Of a stretch of DNA of 64,000 bases, positions 57,949 through 64,000 are shown in pieces; the first letter of the stretch is position 1; each line of letters opens with the position of its first letter. This DNA comes from an uncultured Candidatus Rokubacteria bacterium (GTDB lineage: Bacteria; Methylomirabilota; Methylomirabilia; Rokubacteriales; DASRDR01). Location of the stretch: assembly GCA_963805625.1 (NCBI GenBank), contig CAWDVE010000016.1:480001-544000 (forward strand), in the 5' to 3' direction. Under the pieces are notes generated by a model. That model saw only the letters and a program-made list of their open reading frames with translations. It was not told the origin of the DNA and searched no databases. A program made the translations under genes and the position numbers.

Positions 57949-59445
57949 CTAGACGATGGTCGGCTTCGAGATGTTCTTGAGGAGATCCCGCGCGGTCGGC
58001 GACTGGTCGAACAGCCGACGCACGAGGGCCTCGGTGCCCCGCAGGGGCTCGAGCATGAAGATCTTCTTCAGCGGCCCCTCCTTGAGGTCGAAGAGCACCG
58101 AGTCCCACGAGGCCGAGACGATGTCCTCGGAGTAGCGCTGGAGGCACATCCCCCGGAAGTAGGCCCGCGTGTCGCGCGGGGGGTCGTTGACCGCTCGCGC
58201 GATCTCCTCGTCGCTCGCGATTCGCTCGACCGCCTCGGACTGCTCGAGCTTGTAGTAGAGGCCCTTGCTCGGCCGGATGTCGTGGTACTGGAGGTCGATC
58301 ATCGCCACCCGGGAATCGGTCCAGCCCACTCCGTGCTTGGCCCGATAGCTCTCGAGGAGATCGAGCTTGATCACCCAGTCGAGCTCGCGGCTGAGTGACA
58401 TCGGATCCTGGGCGAGCCGGTCCAGCACGTGCTCCCACCGCACCAGGACGTCCTTCGTCACGGGATCGAGCTCCCGGTCCCGGTAGTAGCGGTGGGCCAG
58501 CTCCAGGAACTCCCGCTGGAGGTCGATGGCCGTCACGGTCCGCCCGTCGCGGAGGCGAAGCGTCGACCGGCAGGCGAGGTCGCGGGAGACCTGGCGGAAG
58601 GCCTGGACCGGGCTGTCCAGCGAGAGGTCCCGGTCGATGAAGTCGTCCTCGATCATGGACAGGACGATCGCCGTGGTCCCGACCTTGAGGTAGTTCGCCA
58701 CCTCCGACATGTTGGCGTCGCCCACGATCACGTGGAGCCGGCGGTACTTCTCGGGATCGGCGTGCGGCTCGTCCCGGGTGTTGATGATGGGGCGGGAATG
58801 CATCGTCTCGAGGCCGACCTCCGTCTCGAGGAAGTCCGCACGCTGCGAGACCTGGTACTCGGTGTACTCGAGGTTGTTCTCCGACCCGACCTTGCCCGCG
58901 CCGGTGAAGATCTGGCGCGTGACCAGGAAGGGCATCATGTACTGGACGATCCGCGTGAAGGGGCAGCGCCGGTCCATGAGGTAGTTCTCGTGGGTGCCGT
59001 AGCTGTTGCCCTTGGAGTCGGTGTTGTTCTTGTAGATGAGGATGCGCTGCTCGGGCGGGGAGGCTGCTTCCGCGCGCCGGCGTGCCAGGTCGAGGATTCG
59101 CTCGCCCGCCCGGTCCCAGACCACGAGGTCCCGCGGGTTCGTGCACTCCGGAGTCGAGTACTCGGGGTGGGCGTGGTCGACGTAGAACCGGGCCCCGTTG
59201 GGCAGGATCAGGTTGATGAGGCGCGACTCCTCCTTGGACGGGAGCTCCTTCTCCTCGGCGTACTCGAACCCCCGGGCGTCCCTGAGCGGGCTCTCGGCCT
59301 CGTAATCCCAGCGGATGCGGGCGGTGCGGTAGGTCTCGTAGGAGTTGATGAGGAGGAGGGAGGACAGGATCGGGTTGAAGTCCGCCTGGTTGCGGACCGT
59401 GATCCCGTACTCGGTCTCGATCCCCATCACCTTCGGGATGGCCAT
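57949..59445 (-). CDS. dop: Depupylase/deamidase Dop
   Basis: KVMGIETEYG, WDYEAESPLRDARGF (Dop loop), NGARFYVDHAHPEYS, SYGTHENY, TRAYFRG. Confidence 0.94.
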   Translation of the reverse strand: MAIPKVMGIETEYGITVRNQADFNPILSSLLLINSYETYRTARIRWDYEAESPLRDARGFEYAEEKELPSKEESRLINLILPNGARFYVDHAHPEYSTPECTNPRDLVVWDRAGERILDLARRRAEAASPPEQRILIYKNNTDSKGNSYGTHENYLMDRRCPFTRIVQYMMPFLVTRQIFTGAGKVGSENNLEYTEYQVSQRADFLETEVGLETMHSRPIINTRDEPHADPEKYRRLHVIVGDANMSEVANYLKVGTTAIVLSMIEDDFIDRDLSLDSPVQAFRQVSRDLACRSTLRLRDGRTVTAIDLQREFLELAHRYYRDRELDPVTKDVLVRWEHVLDRLAQDPMSLSRELDWVIKLDLLESYRAKHGVGWTDSRVAMIDLQYHDIRPSKGLYYKLEQSEAVERIASDEEIARAVNDPPRDTRAYFRGMCLQRYSEDIVSASWDSVLFDLKEGPLKKIFMLEPLRGTEALVRRLFDQSPTARDLLKNISKPTIV

Positions 59446-59520
59446 GCCGTCCTCGAGCCGGTCCGCGTCACCCGTGCCTACCGGCGCCCTCCGGCGCCCC
59501 GCTGGGAACGCGGCCGACAG

Positions 59521-59557
59521 AAAAGGGGTGAGGGGGCGACCCGCGCTCCCTCACCCC
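59521..59557 (-). terminator. Intrinsic terminator after arc
   Basis: Minus strand GGGGTGAGGGAGCG-CGGGT-CGCCCCCTCACCCC-TTTT directly after the arc stop. Confidence 0.7.
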
Positions 59558-59563
59558 TGCCGC

Positions 59564-61387
59564 CTACAGGTACTGGCCGGTAGTCTGACGCTCCACGGGT
59601 CGGTGCTTGTCCTTGCTCTCGCCCGTGAGCGGCTTGACGTAGACGATCCGCTCGCCCTTCTTCCCCGCGATCTTCGCCCAGTCGTCGGGGTTGGTCGTGT
59701 TGGGCAGGTCCTCGTTCTCCTTGAACTCCTCGCGCACGGCCGCCAGCAGGTCGTCGAGCTTGACGCCCTTCTCGGCGCTCGCGATGTAGCGCTTGAGCGC
59801 GAGCTTCTTGGCGCGACGCACGACCGACTCCATCATCGCGCCCGAGGCGAAGTCCTTGAAGTACAGGATCTCCTTGTCCCCGTTGGCGTAGGTGACCTCG
59901 AGGAAGCGGTTCTCGTCCGCGATGGTGTACATGGCGTCGACCGCCATCTCGATGAGCCGCGCGATGGCCGCCGACATGTCATCGCCGTGGGGCCGGAGCT
60001 CCTGCTCGTGCATCGGGATATCCGGCGTGAGGTACTTTGCCATGATGTCGGCCGCCGCCTGACGGTCCGGCCGGTCGATCTTGATCTTCACGTCGAGCCG
60101 CCCGGGCCGAAGGATGGCGGGATCGATCAGGTCCTGCCGGTTCGAGGCGCCGATCACGATGACGTTCTTGAGCCCCTCGACCCCGTCGATCTCGGCCAGG
60201 AGCTGCGGCACGATGGTCGTCTCGACGTCGGAGGAGATCCCCGAGCCGCGCGTGCGGAAGAGCGCGTCCATCTCGTCGAAGAAGACGACGACGGGCACGT
60301 CCTCGGCGGCCTTCTCCTTGGCCTTGACGAAGATCTCCCGGATCTTCCGCTCGGTCTCGCCCACGTACTTGTTGAGGAGCTCGGGGCCCTTGATGTTCAT
60401 GAAGAAGCCCTTGATCTTCTCCCCGCGCTTCTCCGAGACCTTCTCTGCCAGGTTGTTCGCGACCGCCTTGGCGATCATCGTCTTGCCGCACCCCGGCGGC
60501 CCGTAGAGGAGGACGCCCTTGGGCGGCGCGAGCTTGTGCTCGCGGTAGTAGTCGGCGTAGAGATACGGGAGCTCCACCGCGTCCCGGATCGCCTCGATCT
60601 GGGACGTGAGGCCGCCGATGTCCTCGTACTGGATGTCGGGGACCTCCTCGAGAGCCAGGTCCTCGACCTCGCTCTTCGGCAGCTTCTCCAGGAGGTAGCC
60701 CGACTTCGAGTCCATGAGGAGGTGATCGCCAACCTTGAGCTTGGCCGGGCGGAGCGGCTCCGCGATGACCGCGACCTTCTCCTCGTCCGCCCGCACCGTG
60801 ACGACCGCGCGCGCCTCGTCCAGGGTCTCCTTCATGATGACGACCTCGCCCTGGATCTCGTAGCCCGCCGTCTCGATGACGTTCAGGCCCTCGTTCAGGA
60901 CGAGCTCCTGCCCCGGCTTGATCGATTCCTTCCCGATCGACGGGTGGAGGTTCACCTTGACCTTGCGCCCGCTCGACAGGATGTTCACCGTGCCGTCGTC
61001 GTTCAGCGAGAGGAACACGCCGTAGCTGGAGGGTGGCGCGCAGAGCTTGTCCACCTCTTCCTTCAGGGAGGAGATCTGCTCGCGCGCCTCGTAGAGCGTG
61101 TTCACGAGCTTCTCGTTCTGGTTGAAGGCCTGGACCAGCTGCCGGTTCGCCTCCCGCAGCTTGTTCTCCAGGACGACGAAGTCCTTGGGGATCTCCTCGA
61201 GCTTCTTCCGGAGATGCACGACCTCCGTCTCCATGGCCCGGGCGTGAGCCTGGAGATCCTGGATTTGGATCTCGTACTCCGTCAGGCGGCGGCGGTAGGC
61301 GGATTCCGTCATTGGCAGGAATTTTGACAGCCCCTTGACACCCTCGGAGTCACGGGGAGGATTCGCCTTCTTTTCGAACTCTTTCAT
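59564..61387 (-). CDS. arc: Proteasome AAA+ ATPase ARC/Mpa
   Basis: N-terminal coiled coil, OB domains, [21 protein letters not shown]-terminal GQYL gate-opening motif. Confidence 0.96.
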   Translation of the reverse strand: MKEFEKKANPPRDSEGVKGLSKFLPMTESAYRRRLTEYEIQIQDLQAHARAMETEVVHLRKKLEEIPKDFVVLENKLREANRQLVQAFNQNEKLVNTLYEAREQISSLKEEVDKLCAPPSSYGVFLSLNDDGTVNILSSGRKVKVNLHPSIGKESIKPGQELVLNEGLNVIETAGYEIQGEVVIMKETLDEARAVVTVRADEEKVAVIAEPLRPAKLKVGDHLLMDSKSGYLLEKLPKSEVEDLALEEVPDIQYEDIGGLTSQIEAIRDAVELPYLYADYYREHKLAPPKGVLLYGPPGCGKTMIAKAVANNLAEKVSEKRGEKIKGFFMNIKGPELLNKYVGETERKIREIFVKAKEKAAEDVPVVVFFDEMDALFRTRGSGISSDVETTIVPQLLAEIDGVEGLKNVIVIGASNRQDLIDPAILRPGRLDVKIKIDRPDRQAAADIMAKYLTPDIPMHEQELRPHGDDMSAAIARLIEMAVDAMYTIADENRFLEVTYANGDKEILYFKDFASGAMMESVVRRAKKLALKRYIASAEKGVKLDDLLAAVREEFKENEDLPNTTNPDDWAKIAGKKGERIVYVKPLTGESKDKHRPVERQTTGQYL

Positions 61388-61669
61388 GGCCTCCCGTCCC
61401 TCTCGGCGAGCACTGAGACCGCGCCGCGCCGGCCGGGTCCGGCGCGGGCGACTCTACCCCCGCCAGCTTGAGCAACTATAGGCGGCGCTGGAAAAAAAAG
61501 TCAAGTTGTGGAGCCATTCCCGCCCCCGTTCAGACGTGCCGTTGCCATCACGCTGCCTTCTGACGCCCGAAACCGTGCAACGCCGGTGCCAGCGACGAGT
61601 CGGGCGCGGGTCGAAAGGTCCCGCGCGAGAGGGGTCCGCGGAGCCGAGACATCTCTATAATGGGCGCCA

Positions 61670-63289
61670 ATGCGCCCCAGGGCTGCTCGACGGTGTCGGT
61701 GTCCCCGGAGTCCGGCGCGCGCGGCAGTCCTTGTCAGCTTCATCGTACTGTTCGCCGTCACCCGTCTCGCCAGCGCGGCGCCGGCCGCCGAGCTTCACGT
61801 CGGCGTGCTCCACGTTCCTGCGAGTCTCGATCCGGCGGAGGCCACGGCGTCGTCCCAGCTCCTGGCGATGCGCCTGCTCTACCAGGGCTTGGTCGCATTC
61901 GGCGAGCGAGGCGACATCGAGCCCGCTCTCGCGACGACGTGGACCGTCTCCCGCGACGGGCTGGTCTGGACCTTCCGGCTCCGCCAGGACGTCCTGCTTC
62001 ACGACGGCACCCCGCTCGGGCCCGATGAGGTCGTCGCGACCCTCGCCGAACGGATCTCCGCCGACGAGCCCCCGGACGGCGCGCCCCCCTGGGTCCGTCC
62101 CTTCCGCGGCGCGGGGCGGGTCGTCCGGGAGGTGCGACGCGGTGAGGGCGCGTCGGTCCAGATCGTCGTGGGGCAGCCATACGCGCCGCTGCTCGCGCTC
62201 CTGGCCCATCCCGGCCTCGCGATCGCCGTCGCGCGGTCCAGCGGCCCTCGGGTCGGGAGCGGGCCTTACCAGGCCGTCGAGCTCACACCCGATCGGCTCG
62301 CGCTGGAAGCGGCGCCGGTCTGGCGAGGGGACCCGCCCCACAGCGCCCGCCTGATACTGCACGCGGTCGCGGACGACGCGGCCGCTCTCGCCGGGCTCGC
62401 TCCCGGAGGTCCTCTCCATGCGGCGCTGCTCGCCGCCCCCCCGGCCTGGGCCGCGGTGGGCCTCCAGGTCATGTCCGGGCCGACCCGGCGGGTCGGACTC
62501 CTGGCGCTTCGGACCGACCGGGGTCTCACGAGCCGCAAGACGGTGCGCCAGGCCGTGGCGCTTGCCCTCGATCCCGCGCTCCTCCGCCCGGCGCTCGGGC
62601 AGTGGGCGGTGCCGCACGCCGCCTGGCTGCCGCCCGGCGCCTGGGCAATGCGCGACGCCAGCACCCTCCTGTTCGACCCCGCGCGAGCGAGGCGACTGCT
62701 GGCTCAGGTCGCTCCGGTCGACCCGACGTTGACCCTCCTCGCGTCGGACCAGGTCTCGGGGCCAGAGGCCGCGGGCATCGCCGACGCCATCCGGCTCTCG
62801 CTGGGCGCCGCGGGCTTCCGCGTACAGGTGCGGCTGGAGCCGCCGGACGCGGCCGAGACCGCCGCGCGGCAGGGTGCGGCAGAGCTGACCCTCCACGAGG
62901 AGACGCTCGAGGTGAACGACCCCGACATCTTTCTCCGGCGGCTCCTGGCCACCGACGGAGCCACGCCCGGGAGCGCGACCAACATCGCCTTCCTCCGGAG
63001 CCCGCTGGTCGATGGCATGCTGTCGCGCGCGGGCCAGCTCGGGTTCCGGCCCGAGCGCTTCCGGCTCTATCAGCGCCTCCAGGGGCTCCTCGGCGAGGAG
63101 TTGCCGTACGTGCCGCTCTACGTCCGGCTCCAGTGGATGGTGGCTCGACCCGAGGTGCGGGGCATGGCCCTGGATTCTGCTGGGCTGCACCGCCTCGAGC
63201 GCATGAGCCTCGAGCCTCCGCCCGTGCCCGCGCCGCCGGAGGCTCCACTGAACCCGCTCTCGGGGATGCCACCGCCCACACGTCCGTGA
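61670..63289 (+). CDS. Peptide/nickel-type (family 5) ABC substrate-binding protein, orphan
   Basis: SLDPA, LYQGLV, EPALATTWTVSRDGLVWTFRLRQDV..HDGTPL, VGSGPY, VRQAVALALD. Confidence 0.85.
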   Translation: MRPRAARRCRCPRSPARAAVLVSFIVLFAVTRLASAAPAAELHVGVLHVPASLDPAEATASSQLLAMRLLYQGLVAFGERGDIEPALATTWTVSRDGLVWTFRLRQDVLLHDGTPLGPDEVVATLAERISADEPPDGAPPWVRPFRGAGRVVREVRRGEGASVQIVVGQPYAPLLALLAHPGLAIAVARSSGPRVGSGPYQAVELTPDRLALEAAPVWRGDPPHSARLILHAVADDAAALAGLAPGGPLHAALLAAPPAWAAVGLQVMSGPTRRVGLLALRTDRGLTSRKTVRQAVALALDPALLRPALGQWAVPHAAWLPPGAWAMRDASTLLFDPARARRLLAQVAPVDPTLTLLASDQVSGPEAAGIADAIRLSLGAAGFRVQVRLEPPDAAETAARQGAAELTLHEETLEVNDPDIFLRRLLATDGATPGSATNIAFLRSPLVDGMLSRAGQLGFRPERFRLYQRLQGLLGEELPYVPLYVRLQWMVARPEVRGMALDSAGLHRLERMSLEPPPVPAPPEAPLNPLSGMPPPTRP

Positions 63290-63513
63290 GACCGGCCACG
63301 GGCTGACACCAGTCCGCCAGTCCGGCGCACCTCGTTCACGCCCCCGCCCCGGCGCCTCCCGCGGGTTCGGGTGTCATCGCGGGCCGGGTCCTGGCGGAGC
63401 GCCCACGGACGAAGGGCCCGCGGCGTGGTTTGCCGGGGGCCAGCGCCGCGGCTACAATGAGTCGGCCTCCCACACGACGGGCCACGACGGGCCAAATCAC
63501 GGAGGAGTCGCTG

Positions 63514-64000
63514 GTGCCCACGGTTCGTGAGACCGTCGCCGAGATGGTCCAGTACGTCTTCCCCCAGTACGCGGGCGCACCGGGCCAGATCTACGGCGGG
63601 CGGATGATGGATTGGATCGCCACCGCGGGAACCCTGGCTGCGTCCCGCGTGGCTCGCGGTCCGGTGACGGTGGGCGCGATGGATGAGATCGACTTCCTTC
63701 ACCCCGTGCGGGTGGGGGAGATCGCGATCCTCCGGGCCCGGGTGGAGTACGTGGGGCGCACGTCGCTCGAGGTAGGGGTGCGGGTCTATTCGGAGAACGC
63801 GGCTACCGGGGAGCGCCACGTGACGCTCTCGTCGCACATGGTGTTCGTCGCGATCGACGAGGCGGTTCAGCCGCGCCCGGTCGCGGCGCGCATCGTTCCC
63901 GCCGACCCCGGGGAGGTCGGCGTCATCGAGGCCGCGCGGGCCCGGCGGGAGGTGCGTCGAGCGCGGCTCGCCTCGCGGGCCGAGCGCGCGCGCGAGGTGA
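63514..64000 (+). CDS. Acyl-CoA thioesterase (hotdog fold), truncated by the window end
   Basis: Manual translation MVQYVFPQYAG..GQIYGGRMMDWI..MDEIDFLHPVRVGE..VEYVGRTSLEVGV..MVFVAIDE; GGAGGAG RBS before GTG. Confidence 0.88.
   Translation, partial: MPTVRETVAEMVQYVFPQYAGAPGQIYGGRMMDWIATAGTLAASRVARGPVTVGAMDEIDFLHPVRVGEIAILRARVEYVGRTSLEVGVRVYSENAATGERHVTLSSHMVFVAIDEAVQPRPVAARIVPADPGEVGVIEAARARREVRRARLASRAERAREV

Overview
A GC-rich (~65-70% by eye) bacterial chromosomal window. The combination of Tat-exported solute-binding proteins, a STAND-type class III cyclase, a PEP-CTERM gene and an arc-dop-prcB-prcA-pafA operon suggests a diderm such as Candidatus Rokubacteria/Methylomirabilota (inference only). 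1-38.9 kb is mainly transport and catabolism: several carbohydrate-type ABC systems around one MalK-like ATPase, a liv-type ABC system, MFS transporters, oxidoreductases, TenA, UbiX, an N-terminally extended FabH-like enzyme and a GH19 with a polycationic tail. This stretch is littered with gene remnants and deletion/inversion scars. At 39.0-40.1 kb two short ORFs join into one selenoprotein (WASW-U-GC) with a clear SECIS hairpin. A LuxR / cNMP-binding / cyclase-STAND-TPR signalling cluster follows. An accessory segment at ~46.2-54.6 kb holds a large secreted HExxH protein, an intact IS1202-family element with a 17-bp target duplication, a hairpin-dense non-coding stretch, an unannotated 50-aa PEP-CTERM micro-protein with its own sigma-54 promoter and enhancer box, a GMC oxidoreductase pair, and an IS110 remnant abutting a truncated MNT gene. 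The proteasome operon lacks pup at its usual position; a 121-bp palindromic element sits there instead. No tRNA, rRNA or CRISPR array was seen.
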